A stretch of DNA of 64,000 nucleotides from Yuukianura sp. NJ FZ-2021 (lineage: Eukaryota). This document shows, piece after piece, positions 12,963 through 26,000 of this stretch. Position 1 is the stretch's first letter. The number at the start of each line of letters is the position of its first letter. The stretch is taken from NCBI GenBank assembly GCA_046563655.1, contig CM102284.1, positions 6,200,001 to 6,264,000 on the forward strand, written 5' to 3'. The position numbers and the translations under genes were made by a program. The notes beneath the pieces are model-generated. The model saw only the letters and a program-made list of their open reading frames with translations. It did not search any database and was not told where the DNA came from.

Positions 12963-14332
12963 ATGTTTCTCTGGGACTGGTTTACTGGCGTTTTAGGATA
13001 TTTAGGTAAGTAATTGGGTTACACATCCTGTTTGTTACTGATGAGTATATCTTTACTAGAATTAGGTTAAGTTAAGCTATAGTTAATTGGTACTTGACCT
13101 TCGGAATCCTTTAGTTACGACGGACACGTAAGCATGAGATTGCATTATGCAGATCATAAGGTCAATTCTGGCGTAACGTATGAGAATGCCTCTACACGTA
13201 AATTGCGTTTAGATTTAGAATATAAGAAAGCACGTGATAGTGGATGATGAAGATGACCTTTATTACGTGGCAGTCGTAACGATAGATGATGATAAAGTTA
13301 CTTGATCATTGTAATGCCAGATTCCAAGTTTTCCAAGTTCCACATCCACATTGAAGAGATAGGATATGTATCAAATCGAACTTCAAGCATAGAAATACCA
13401 CGATCTCTTAAAAGTGTTATAAATTGTACTGGATGAGTGACTAAATCGGTTATCTTTGTTGATTTTAGGTCTCTGGAAGAAATCAGGGAAACTCCTGTTC
13501 TTAGGATTAGATAATGCTGGAAAAACCACATTGTTACATATGCTAAAAGATGATCGCATGGCTCAACACGTACCAACGCTACATCCAAGTAATTATGAAC
13601 CAATTTCTATGATACTGCCAACATTCAGCATCGCAAAAACTCAAAATGTTTCTTTGAATCTTTCTAGCATCCGAGGAGCTCTCCATAGGCAATATGAGAT
13701 TCACAACTTTCGATTTAGGAGGTCATCACCAAGGTAAGACGAAACTAAATCCACGTATACTAAGAATAAGTAGTGATTAAGTTAACCGCGGTCAATTAAG
13801 TTTAGTAGGGTTATTTAGAAATGCAAGTTCTAGTCATGTGGTTAGATTTGAGTTTAGGGTGTTGATAAAGGTGAACGTAAATGATAGTGTTCTTTTGTAT
13901 TGTTAGCACGTCGTGTCTGGAAAGATTACTTCCCAGCAGTTGACTCTGTAGTGTTTCTAATTGATTCATGTGATCGTGCTCGATTTGGAGAGGCGCAAGT
14001 CGAACTCAACTCCCTCCTCACCGATGAGCAGTTACTCAACTGTCCTGTCCTCATACTCGGAAATAAGATTGATCGGGCGGGAGCCGCTTCTGAAGAGGAA
14101 CTGCGTAATGTCTTTGGACTTTACGGCCAGACTACTGGCAAGGTACACTTTCGTCCATGTTCAACATTCGCTTCAGTTCCCGTTCTGGATACAAATAGTC
14201 ATTTCTAATTCGCAGGGTAAAGTTCCACGAGGTGAACTTCCGGGCCGACCGCTTGAACTCTTCATGTGTTCGGTGTTGAAGCGACAGGGATATGGTGAGG
14301 GCTTCCGTTGGCTGGCCCAGTACATCGATTGA
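12963..14332 (+). CDS. SAR1: SAR1 small GTPase (COPII)
   Basis: 5 exons (12963-13005, 13469-13588, 13668-13732, 13907-14142, 14217-14332). [71 protein letters not shown]. Confidence 0.98.
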
Positions 14333-15911
14333 GCCTGAAACATTTTTGCAGAAGAGAAACAAGCATCATCGGTCACACAAATAAGAGACAGACACCTTTA
14401 AAAGCAGCAAACAGTCACCCCTCGCCATCTACATTACAAAAATAGCTGCATTTCGTTTTGTAGATTTCTTCTGGCAAATTCTTAGCTAATTTTTCGCGAC
14501 GGCGCTTTACATCATTTCATTTTTGCTCATTTCACTTTCAATTCTTTAAATCAGAGTTCGGCGCCATCACATTCTAAAAAGTGAAAGGAAAACTAAATTC
14601 AAATGTAAACAATTTTCGAGTAGTTCAGCAGCCTCAATAATAATTGGATTAAATTTATCAAAATTAAACAGAACCTTGAAAATATTTTAGCAAACGCGTC
14701 GATTATTTTCTATAACGTCAATAAACACTGATTTTGATTTTCATGTTTTTTTTTACCTATTTTTATCCTTATTTTATACTATAATGTTGAAACTGTAATC
14801 ACATCTACACATCAGCTTACCTATTCGAATACCACTAGTCGCTTCTAACTAAACTTAATTATACTTAAACCCTAACCGTTGCATTCTCATTCCCTGAAGC
14901 TTGCGTGTTTGGATTAATACTTGAATTTAGCACGGCAAATCAGCCGCTTTTCGCTTGCACCATGGCTCAAACCACAGTTCCATTTTTTACTCATAATTAA
15001 TTATTTCGTACCAAGTTGAATAAAATTTGAAGACAGTACGATAAACTAGCGTTCAAAGATGCTAACTCGTAATGAATGAGTAACCACTTTCCATTCTTAC
15101 TCTTATTTTCGTATATTTCGTTCATATTTTTGGAAAAACCTAACTTTTATGCAGGAACACATTCGATTAAGCGCTTAATTTCCTAATACCTATGCCGGAA
15201 AATACGGTACTTTGATTCTATATGGGTGGGAAACATTACGCATGTAAAACACGGCTAACACAGCTTGTGTTCGGTAAGTTGGTAATTTTTAACCCGGGAA
15301 TGTGCTAATTGTATAACGCAACCGTGCTAATTAAATCCGCAAATTGGGATTAAGTTTAATTCACTGGAAACCATATGTACGTACTTTTCACGTTTTCTTT
15401 ATACTAGCGGCGCAGAACTCTATCACCCTACTGCCAGGGTTGACGCCCCTTGTTTTTTTATGAGGCGGAATTTGGCTACGCTGTCCAGTACCAGTTTATG
15501 TGAAAAAAATAACGGAGTTTGGAAGGAGGGGTTTCTCCGTGCAAATACAATACAAATGCCAAGGGGATCGTGGGAACTGGGAGGAAGACGTGACGACGGG
15601 ATGTCGAGAGTGGCGTTGTTGCTGCGAAGCGGAATCATCTTCAGAAAGGTTCAGTGAGAAAAAGAAACGACTCACGACAGGACATCAGAAGGAGTGAAGA
15701 AAAAAAAAGACGTGGAAGACCATCATCCTTCCATCTTTAAAGAATAACATCATCTTGAGTTTTCGGAACTAAAACATCCTACTTTTTTTTCCAAAATTGA
15801 TTCCTAGAAGATCAAACAACCCATCCTCCTCTACTACCATCTCGTCGACGATAATCAATTTGTTTTTTTTTCCCGAATTGGTGGTCTTGAAGATCAGGAA
15901 AACTCAAGAAA

Positions 15912-17156
15912 ATGGCAGATGCTGCTGTTGAGAAACACCGCGGCGGAGAATCTGGATCCGGTGATGAAGACAAGACATCATCGGCAGCAGTAGCCGGTAC
16001 TGCTGGGACGCAGCAACAGAAGGAAGTTATTGGTAAGGTCATTGTTCTTGTTTTTTAAGTTAGGAAACATGAAAGATGGCCGTGAATTGATTGTTGTCGT
16101 TTTTGGATTGATTTTAGCGACCAAAGTTACCGGTTTCGTGAAATGGTTCAATGTCAAGAGCGGCTATGGGTTCATTAACCGGTAAGGAGGGGTCCATTGT
16201 TGCTGTAACGTTAAGGGAGAAGGAAGTTGAGGTCATTCACCTCTCCAGGTCTGAGTCTGATATGTTTTTTCTTCTATTCCATGCAGATCTGACACGAAGG
16301 AAGATGTCTTTGTACATCAATCTGCAATTACCAAGAATAATCCCAAGAAAGTCGTTCGCTCTGTTGGAGACGGAGAAGAAGTAGAGTTCGACGTTGTCCT
16401 TGGTGAAAAGGGAAATGAAGCAGCCAATGTCACCGGTTTGAATGGAGAACCAGTCAAGGGATCCCCGTATGCTGCGGAGAGACGACGAGGACGATATTAT
16501 GGTCGTGGAGGGAGTAGGAGATCAGGTACGATTGCTATCTCTGATTGCTTAATCTGCATTTGCTCTTGATTTGGTTAAGCTTTTCGCAACACGAATTGTT
16601 AGCACAGTCATAAACTTTGCATATCATTTTAGGTGGAGACTCCATTAGCAAGGATGAAGGAGAGGAAGACGGAGCTGGAGTGAGCGGAGAGGGAGGTCGA
16701 GGTGGTCGTCGATTCCGCGGAGGACGTGGACGATTTGCTCCTCGCTACTATCGAGGACGTGGACGAGGTGGACGTACCAACTCGACTTCACGGCCGTCAG
16801 AGTCTGAAGATAAGGTAACAAATCAACTAACATTTTGCATCATTCCACTATTTTCAATTTTTTGCATATTGAACTTATAATTACTTTTTTTTTTCATTCT
16901 ACAGGCTGCAGCTTCAGGTCATGAGGAAGAGGGAGAAGTACGAGAGGGCGGTGGAGATGGAGAAGGTGGCCGTGGGGGTGGACGCGGTCGAGGACGTGGT
17001 GGACGCCGTGGACGTGGCGGGTTCACTCGTCGATTTTACCGTGGAGGTCGTGGGCGTGGAGGAGCCCGTAGCAGCGGAGGTTCCGGTGATCAAGAAGTCC
17101 ACTCAGGAGAAGAAGACAAGAAAGACGCTTCTGAGCCCAACACCGAGAACGCTTGA
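15912..17156 (+). CDS. YBX1: Y-box cold-shock domain RNA-binding protein (YBX1 / ypsilon schachtel-like)
   Basis: 5 exons. Cold-shock domain [68 protein letters not shown], then alternating RGG-rich and acidic blocks. Stop TGA at 17154-17156. Confidence 0.95.
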
Positions 17157-17496
17157 AGGAGCTCGCTCTAAAACAACTATCCTTACAACACCAAGAACCC
17201 AGAAGAAGACGAGCGATTGATTGAAGAAGTAAAAAGTATAGCAACAGGAATTTAAGGAGCATGATTTGCTATAACTCGTAAGGATTTAAGAAATAACATC
17301 TTTAAAAATACTATTTGTTAAAGAAAATCAAAAACAAATCTGTCAAAATAGAAACACCTTATTTTGTTTGTGTGGCATTACTAAAATGTCTTAAAAGTCC
17401 CAATTAACAACTCAATTTGTTACAGAAGTGCAAAACTCTCTACCTAAGATTTAGATTGTAGTGAATCACTTAATTAGTTCAAGAATTGGTTTAAAT

Positions 17497-19760
17497 TTTC
17501 GTTTTCCCTATTTCTCAAGCAGAATGGTGTGTTCATTGCTATAAAAACTCGTGGTAATTATTTATACAAATCATGAACTCCAATTTGTTACAATTACTAC
17601 AAAAGAAATAATTGAAATAGAGAAAGTTTTCGATTAATAAAAACAGAAGGTAAAAACAGCAAGGCCAATTCAGTGTGTTTAAAAATTTTGAAAGATGCTG
17701 AGAATTTCGACTTTTTAAAATTGAAAACAAGAAACTGAAATTTTTAATGCTACAAGCAAACGCCACTTAAAAAATTATTTTTTTCGCTCCTGGAACTAAA
17801 AGCCAAATTTACCAGCAGAAAGTTTAAATAATTTTAATGCGGCGTGAAGAAGCAGCAGAAAAACTAAAATTAAAACAAAAGTTTCTTTACCAATGCACTC
17901 CTGTAATAAAATTTTTCATTGTTTTCCATAAAAAAAAGTTTCTTTTTGCATTTTTTTTTTCAAAATCCTTGTTTCAAAATTCCTCGTTTGCGCTACATAA
18001 ATCTGGCACGATGTTTTGCATCTTCACAAATGGCAAAGATGGCAAAGAAATGAAGGAAATCACTGAAAAAAAAAGTTGCAAATTTAACAAAATTCTAGTG
18101 TTTTGTTGCGAAAATTTTGCACTAAATTATGTGCAAAGATGTTTGCAGCATGAGTCGAGCGATGGAGTCACAGAAATCGCTGCAAGTTTGAAATTTTTAG
18201 AATTTTCTAAAATGGGAATTGTGCTTGTGTTTTTGAAAGTTTTTGAAGAGTCTTTTACATGGGAGGCCTTTGGGAAAGCAGAAAAGTAGATCGGAGATTA
18301 TACGAAGCGAAGAGGCGAGATAGGTCTTTTGCTCTTGTGTGCTTTTTGTATGGGAATGCATGTGCCGTGGAGAAGGATAGGGAAGGGAGTGTAGCCTTCT
18401 TGCTTCGCATAATCTCCTGTCAACTTTTTCGTCCTTCTGCCTATCCCCCAATGTTAAACTTCACTTCAAAATCCAAGTGGGTGACAAGGGGTGGTGTGCA
18501 GTAGCTGCTACACAAACCACACAAATTCAGAGGGTGACAAGGGTAGTGCAAGTAACTGCTACATCAACCACCAAAATTATTCAAACGCTAATTTCATCCA
18601 TTTTTGCGCACTTTTGCGAGAGGATCGTCTCACGTCGTTCTTCCTATGCTGGAACAATAAGCGTCTTGTTTTTTAAGTGTTGAAGTATTAATTATTATTA
18701 ACTACGCTAATTAATAATAATTACTAGTGTCAGGTTGATGGGGCCACAAAATTGCAAAGATTTGCAGTTGCAACTTTCAACAAAGCTGCTGGGTTTTTGA
18801 AAACACACATTTTTATTATATTTTTTTTTTGCAAAATTTTTGCATCAAATTGTGTGAAATACTGTTCTGCAACTTGAACCGGTCCATGGAGTTGCAGAAA
18901 TTGCAATAAAGTGCAAATTTTTAGAATTTTCTAAAATGGGAATTGTGCTTGTATTTTTGGAAGTTTTTGAAGAGTCTTTTACATGGGAGGCCTTTGGGAA
19001 AGCAGAAAAGTAGATCGGAGATTATACGAAGCGAAGAGGCGAGATAGGTCTTTTGCTCTTCTGTGCTTTTTGTATGGGGAGGCCGCCAGCGCAGCGGGAA
19101 AAAAAGTTTAGAAAAGAGAGGAGTCTTTTTGGTTCGCCTAATCTCCGCATAGCTCCGGACAATTTTTCAGAGGAGCGAGGAGCTTCCAACTTCACAATGG
19201 AAAATCAGTTCCCAAAATTTCAGAAAATTCAAAAACTTTAAAAATTTATATCTCAGAAACGAAAGGCAATAAATTGCTAATTTTTTCGCGATTGAATTCA
19301 GAATGATTCAAAGAATGTTTCAAGCCGAAAAAACCAAAATAAAAAAATTTGACTGATTTTGAATAAAAACCAGTGAACCATACTTAAAAATTAAGCAAAA
19401 TATTGAAGATTCATTTTTTGATAAAATTTTTGCATCTCAACATTTTATACGTTTCAAAAAAATTCTTTTTGTAAAAATTTCGAAAATCTAAATACATAAC
19501 CACTATTTATTGCTACAACTTCGACGCCAAGTAAGTTTTAATTAATTTCTTCCATGGTATTCAAGCAGAAATTACGTGCACCAAAATAATAAATTTTTTA
19601 AACGGCGTGAGGAAATAGCAACAGAAAAATTGAATTACCAAAAATTTCATTGTTTAAAAACAATATAGTTCATCTTCACCTTTTAAATTTCAAATTTTCA
19701 TAACTTTCTGCGAAACTGCAAAATCTTAAAATTTATTCCAACAAGCCATAGCTACTAAAT
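17497..19760. repeat. Composite dispersed repeat, copy A (internally duplicated modules)
   Basis: 17510-17700 is nearly identical to 37310-37500. 18190-18355 is repeated at 18915-19075 and 39017-39180. 19075-19190 matches 39180-39275, and 19190-19640 is similar to 40082-40680. Outer boundaries are approximate. Confidence 0.8.
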
Positions 19761-20099
19761 AATTCCAAAACTTTACTTTTTTTTAAAAAAATTAAACACA
19801 AATTTAACTTAGAATATCAATAATTTTTCTTCATTTCCCAATAACCCAAGGGCGAACTTTTGGACTAACTTCCGTAAGTTAATTACTAAAACTAAAAATT
19901 TTAAATTTAAAGGAAACATTCACACTTTTCTAAACAAAAAATCGATACTGTTCACTCGGGTTGAAGAGTTACAAAAAACGTTTAAAAGAACCTTAAGTCC
20001 TCCAGTCATTTTTGAGGGTTCACCATTAGTCCAAACGTATCCAAACTTCAATTATCTTGAAGCTAATTAAATTAACAATGTACAAGTGTACTACTATTG

Positions 20100-23000
20100 T
20101 TAATTGTTTTTGTGATGTGTGTAGTCAATTGCATTTTGAACAAATTTGTTCTGTACAGTGGTTAGGGAATGGTCCTTAACGTTGTAAATTAAAGTTTTTT
20201 GGTCTTCTATGAATAGTAACAGTTTATTTGACGCTTCCTTCCGTTTCGGACGAAGAGAGCGTTTGTTGGCTTCATTTACGACCAAAATACTTCGGACAGA
20301 TCGTGATGCTGTAGCAGAGGACAAGAGCTTGGCAATATCATCGTTCTGCTGGAAAGACTCGATTGCCTCTGGTGGCAAGTTGGTCAAGTCTTTGAACATG
20401 TTCTGATCGTAGTTGATTACCTAAAAAGATCAGAAAAATCAACCAGTTTAGAAAAAGATTCCCAAAATTTCAATTTTGATTTCATTTTTTAAAAATTCTT
20501 CTTGATTGTTGTACCTGCACATCAGCGTTTCCAAGAATTCCAGACTCCAGTAGCTGCTTCTTCAATTCTTCTGGAACATCGTCGGGCAACTTACTCATTT
20601 TTTCTTGATCCGAGTACTGTTGTTGTTGAGCATTTTGTTGTTGATGAAGTTGTTGAGTAGCTTTGAGTAACTGCTGCTGAACTTGCTCTTGGTCTGGATC
20701 GTGATAGGTTGCAGAAATTTCAGTTTCTGGTTGTTGCTGATGTTGTTGAGATTGTTGCTGTGCATTCTGGATTTGCTGCTGTTGTTGGACAGATTCTTCA
20801 CCCAGAAGCGTCGCCAGGTCATCTAAACCGATTCTCTTCTGGAAACTGCCTAGTTTTGGATAGACTGGTCCTGGAGGTGGACGCATGCCACCAATTGGGT
20901 TGTCAAATCTCATGCTGTTTTCGGATCCAATTGCATGAAATCCACTCAGGCCTAAGGGCTCTCCGCCGCCATAATTAATCAAAGGATTGTAGCCTCCTGA
21001 AGATGTTTGTGGTTGTGGTGGACTCATGATAGTGTGAGTATTGCTGGAAGCAGTATTTTGATCATTTTGATTTTGAACATTTTGTTGCTGTTGTTGCTGA
21101 ACATGCTGATTTTGATTCTGTTGCTGTTGTTGTTGGGAATTCGGCTGAGGTTGATTCCAGTTAGTCCAGACAGGATCCATATTGAAATCTAATTCAGTAG
21201 GAGTGGGACCTTGCTCAGCATTCGAAAATTGTGCAGCATCGTTTTGACTTTGTCCAACGACTTGGAATTGGTTGACCTGCTGTGACGAAGCTGTGTTCTC
21301 ATGAGCCTGCTCTTGACCTTGGGAGGTAGGCAGTTGAAATTGGGTATTCTGTTGAGGCGGCTGGGCATGGTGGACATCTTGTGGTTGCTGATGGTGCTGG
21401 AATTGGGCATTAGGAGAAAGTTGTTGCGGTTGTTGGAATTGTGCACCCTGGTTGGACGCTTGTGGTATTTGGGCAGCAGAAAATTGTTGATGTTGGAATT
21501 GGGACGACGGAGATTGAAATTGCTGAGTTAATTGAGATGAGAATTGTGGTGATTGATGTGGTTGGCTTGCGGCTTGAAATTGTTGGTGATGTGGTTGATG
21601 GCCAAATTGATGAGAAGACGGGAATTGGTTAGTATTTTGTTGTGGCGGCTGCTGGGGTTGAGAATTTTGCTGAAGTTGTTGAAATTGTTGCTGAAGTTGT
21701 TGCAGCATTTGTTGATTTTGAAGCTGTTGTTGACCTTGAGCAGCGTCTGGCTGCGCTGATTGGCTTACATGGCTTTGACTGTACTGCTGTGACGGTTCAA
21801 CCTGTTGTTGTTGCTGCTGCTGTTGTAAAAGATGCGAGAAGGGATTGATGTTGGGGTCAAAGGCTACTTTGAGTTGTGATGAATCAAATTCATTTTTGTC
21901 CAGTCGGATAATCGCTCTCATGGTAGTTGTACTTTGACCTTCTAGCGATGGACCTTGGATCTGTGCAAATTGATTCACACCTCCCGGATGCTGCTGCTGC
22001 GGATTATTAGGATTTCCAAATGGTGGCTGCTGACCGTTAAAGGTCGATGGATTTGAAAAGTGGGATGCTTGCGCTTGCGCCTGTTGGTTTCGATGCTGCT
22101 GGGCATTATAATGACTTCCAACATTCGGCGATAAATAAGTTGGTTGGACGATTGATGCTTGAGCTTCCGGCTGATACTGATTTCCAAATTGTTGGTAGTT
22201 GGGTGGTGGCCTAAAATGTCCATCCGGTCCCCTAAGACAAAAAAAGAATTACAATCTCCGCATTTTAAAATAATTTATGCTTGTTTTAATTACTTGACAG
22301 CAACTGCTGGAACTGGTGGCTCAAGTCTCAAATTCTGATTCTCACTGGCGGATCCTATGATAGTTTTGTTATTGTTGTTGGAGTATCGAACGTAAAAGAC
22401 GTGAACTGGTTCAGGAGTGACTGGAGCTGGAGTTGTTGGTTTTGGCCTTGGAGGTGGCGGCAGCGTGACATTCGAATCTTGCACGATGATTTCAATTATT
22501 GGATCTGGTTCTGTGACATAAATTGGGTGAGCATAAGGCTGTCCAGTAGGTCCTGGACCGTGGTAGTGTGGAGGAGCTCCGCTTGGTCCTGGATGATATC
22601 CTGATGGTGGGGCAACCGTTGGATGTCCATAATCTTTAGTTAATTATAACAATTAATACAAAGATTTCACCATAATTGCTCGTTTTAAATTGAAGTATAG
22701 TTTTTATATCAACTACTTACCACCGTGCTGTCCATAAGGATAGTGCGACGGTGCAGGTCCAGGGTATCGCGGTGCTTGAGGAAAGTGCGGATCTGCTGGA
22801 CTAGGATAGCGTCCATAATGAGACGGAGTATCTTCACGGTGCTCTACTTTGGGCGGATGTCGCCAAAATTCGTTGCTTGAATCTGCTGTAATAATGTCGT
22901 CACGATGATCTGGGACATGAGATCCCAACGACGGTGGACTTAGGCCTACAACAAAAATTAATTCAAATCAGAAATGACTCAAAATCTGTCACAGGTCTTT

Positions 23001-26000
23001 GACCTCAATATCTGAGTTAGTTGGAAACAATACCTTTGATTGGTGGGTGAGTCATTTCCGGTGGTGCTGGTTTTTTGACAGGGTGAATCCGTAAATTTGC
23101 GCTGCTTCCTCCTTTTTCCGGCATGCTATAGCCAGTTCCAGGATATCCTACTTCCCGTGAGTCATCGTCTTCTTCATCGTCTTCTTCAATCTGTCTATCC
23201 GGAATGGAGTACAAAGGTTCCTTTTTGTATTTCTCATTGGCCGTTTTGACAATGTCGACATGGTCCAGTGGATTTGTGGACAGGCCAAGAGCTGACAGGA
23301 TTTCTTCTGGTTGTGGTTGAGGCTTAGGGGGTCCTTGAGGACGCTTTTTGACTTGCTTATAGCGAGGATCTTCTGGAGGTGGATCATCTAGAAAGACAAA
23401 AGAAACCCAAAAGTTTAAAAACTTCGCTTGAAAAAGTACAAACAAAATCAAAGCAATCAAAATTTTTTGCAAAAATTACCGTGTTTGTAGTTTGCGCTAA
23501 ACGAATTGTCGTATCGTTCCGGCAGACTCAGTTCGGGATCTGCATCTTCTTCAGTCGAAGATTTTCCAGCAGAGTCAGGGTGATAAAGTGGATCCAGTTG
23601 AGAGTACTTGCTAGTATAATCCTTAAAATTCTTGTAATATTCGTAGTCGTGTTTAGCCAATGTGGATGGTCCATAACCATTCTTCGAAGGCGGAATCATT
23701 CCAAAATCATGTTTTGATGGCGGTGTCAGCGCATGCTCATAATCCGGTTTCGCTGGGACATAGTCTTGACGACGCGAACTCTGCGCATTCTCACGATCTT
23801 CTTCGTATTGATTGTTACCTTCAGCTTTTTTATGTTGATGTTTAGCATAAGTATTGGATGGTGAAACCACTGGAGATTCTGTTGTAAACTCAATCGGTTG
23901 ACCTTGACCTCCTGGTTTGGTATAATGTGACTTGTAGCTCGGCCGTTGTTCATCTCTGTCTTCTTTTGAATTTTTGTAAATCACTGGTCTCTCGTAAATG
24001 GCAGCTTTTTCGGAATTCATTTCCTTGAAATTGAGAGGTGGCGTAGGAGTAGATTTCGGCTTTTCGTAGGGCAAGTACTCCGTGTTGGGATAAGTTTGAG
24101 GTTGATCATACTTTGGAGGTCGAAATGTTGATCCAGAAAAGTAGTCTTTTCCATGTCCAGCATTTTTAGGAGCTTCAGTGGTAGAAGACAAGTGAATTTG
24201 AATTATTGAATTGGGTTGTTGATTACTCGATGGTGGAAGATGGAATTGATAAATTTGTGGCTGGGAGGATTGAGGATTGGCAGCATCCGGTTTGACAACG
24301 GTCATGTACTGGTTGGACTGCGCCGTTTGTTGGGAAGGAACAATTGTACCAATGACCTGAGGTGTCGTATTGTACTGGTTGGATTGTGTCGACGCTGCTG
24401 TTTGTTGAGATGGAGTAATCGTTCCAGCAACTTGTAGTGACGCGTTGGTCGAAAACGACGTGTGACCTTGTGACCATTGATTTTGTGATGACGGAGCTTG
24501 GGAGTGCAACTGATTCTGCGTTGGTTGTTGCTGCATTTGTGAATGCTGCTGCTGCGCTTGTAGCTGCTGCTGCTGGGCTTGTTGCTGCGCTTGTTGCTGC
24601 TGGAATTGAGCTTGTGCTGCCATTTGGTTCTGGTACTGACTCTGCTGTTGCTGTTGCTGAAGCTGGAATTGGTTGGACACTTGTTGCTGAGGCTGTTGCG
24701 AATGGGACGCTGGTGACTGGTGTTGATGATGTTGGTGTTGCTGCATTTGTTGTTGATGATACTGATGAGTAGGGAGTGGGGATGGTAAAGTCTGGTGTGT
24801 TGATGGCATCGTCGGAGGCGGAGATGGCATCGAGTGGTCGCCATGTCCATGTTGCGAATATGCTGGCGGCATGTGAGACTAGGAAAACAGAAACGAAACG
24901 TTTGATTACAAACATAACGAACATTTACTAGTTTGCAAATTCATTCCAAAGCAATCCTCAGAGGTTGCACGAAACTAATTGCTACGCTGATTCACAACCT
25001 AGGATAATTCCATAAAAATTTTCAAACAGTTTCGAGATTTAACATTTTTCGTACATACCTTCATTGTGTTGTAACTTTGCAACGGTGGTCCATTGTTCAC
25101 TGGCGGTGGAGGTCTCATGAATTGATTAAATCCACCTCCGCTCCCACCTCCATACGGTGGGGGAGGAGGTGGCGGTCTTCTTTGTTTATTGAAGTATCCC
25201 GGTGGTGGTGGTGGCAGTTTATTGCGCATCGGTGGTGGGAACTTGTTTGGTCCAGGTCCTCCTGGGGGTGGTGGGCCATTGTAAATCCGTCGTTGAGCAA
25301 AGTTTTCACCGTGAATTGGAATTGGCATCCCACCTCTTCCATGATGTTGATTCAGCGGTGGTGGTTGGTTGCGCCAAGGTGGAGGTCTCAGTGGTGGCCT
25401 TCGATTCGTTTCGATCAGTTCCACAACAAATAAGAGATGTAGGACAAGAACCTGCAATTTCAAAAACAAAAACACAATTAAAATCAATTCAAACTTGATT
25501 TATTACTCAAATTCTACTCTAATAACTCCACACCTAAAATTTCATTACGAATTTCATTCATTTTTTTCAGATCGTTCAAACAGGTTACTTAATTTATATT
25601 AATTTTTGTAGAGCTTTCTGTTCAGAAATCGGATCGACTTTGCTCATAAATCAACAACTTTACAGAAAGCATGAAAAAGTTGAACTCGATTTTTCCTTGT
25701 ATTTCAAGTTGCTTGGAAGTTTGCACTTGTTTGAAAAACCAAGATAATAAATTTAAGCGAGCACGCCAAGCAAAACCAAATTGCTAAAAATTTGCATAGG
25801 AGAGTAGAGTGTGCCAGAAAATGAAATTATTTAGTCAAACGCTGATTTTTACGAATTATGACAAATGTACCACAAAAGTTATTAAAATCGACACTTTAAA
25901 TTACATTTCCGACAACAGAAAGGAAACTTGTCAAAAGAACAAAAAATGTGAAAGCATCCATCAAAAAGTTTTTGTTCAAAATTTTTTTGTTCTTCCCAAA

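Noticed and set aside
18686-18728. AT-rich hairpin followed by CTAGT as a Helitron 3' end
   Set aside because: The stem is entirely A/T and abuts CTAG, rather than being a GC-rich stem ~10 nt upstream. It is not present in copy B.
21975-22223. Apparent frameshift between ORFs 21975-22223 and 20482-21978
   Set aside because: The true frame is open from the acceptor at 22231 into ORF 20482-21978. The ORF caller simply found no start codon there.
20595-25498. Many antisense or alternative-frame ORFs over the Gln/Pro-rich gene (also over the YBX and AGBL5 tails)
   Set aside because: These are shadow ORFs of low-complexity codon repeats with no independent splice or homology support.
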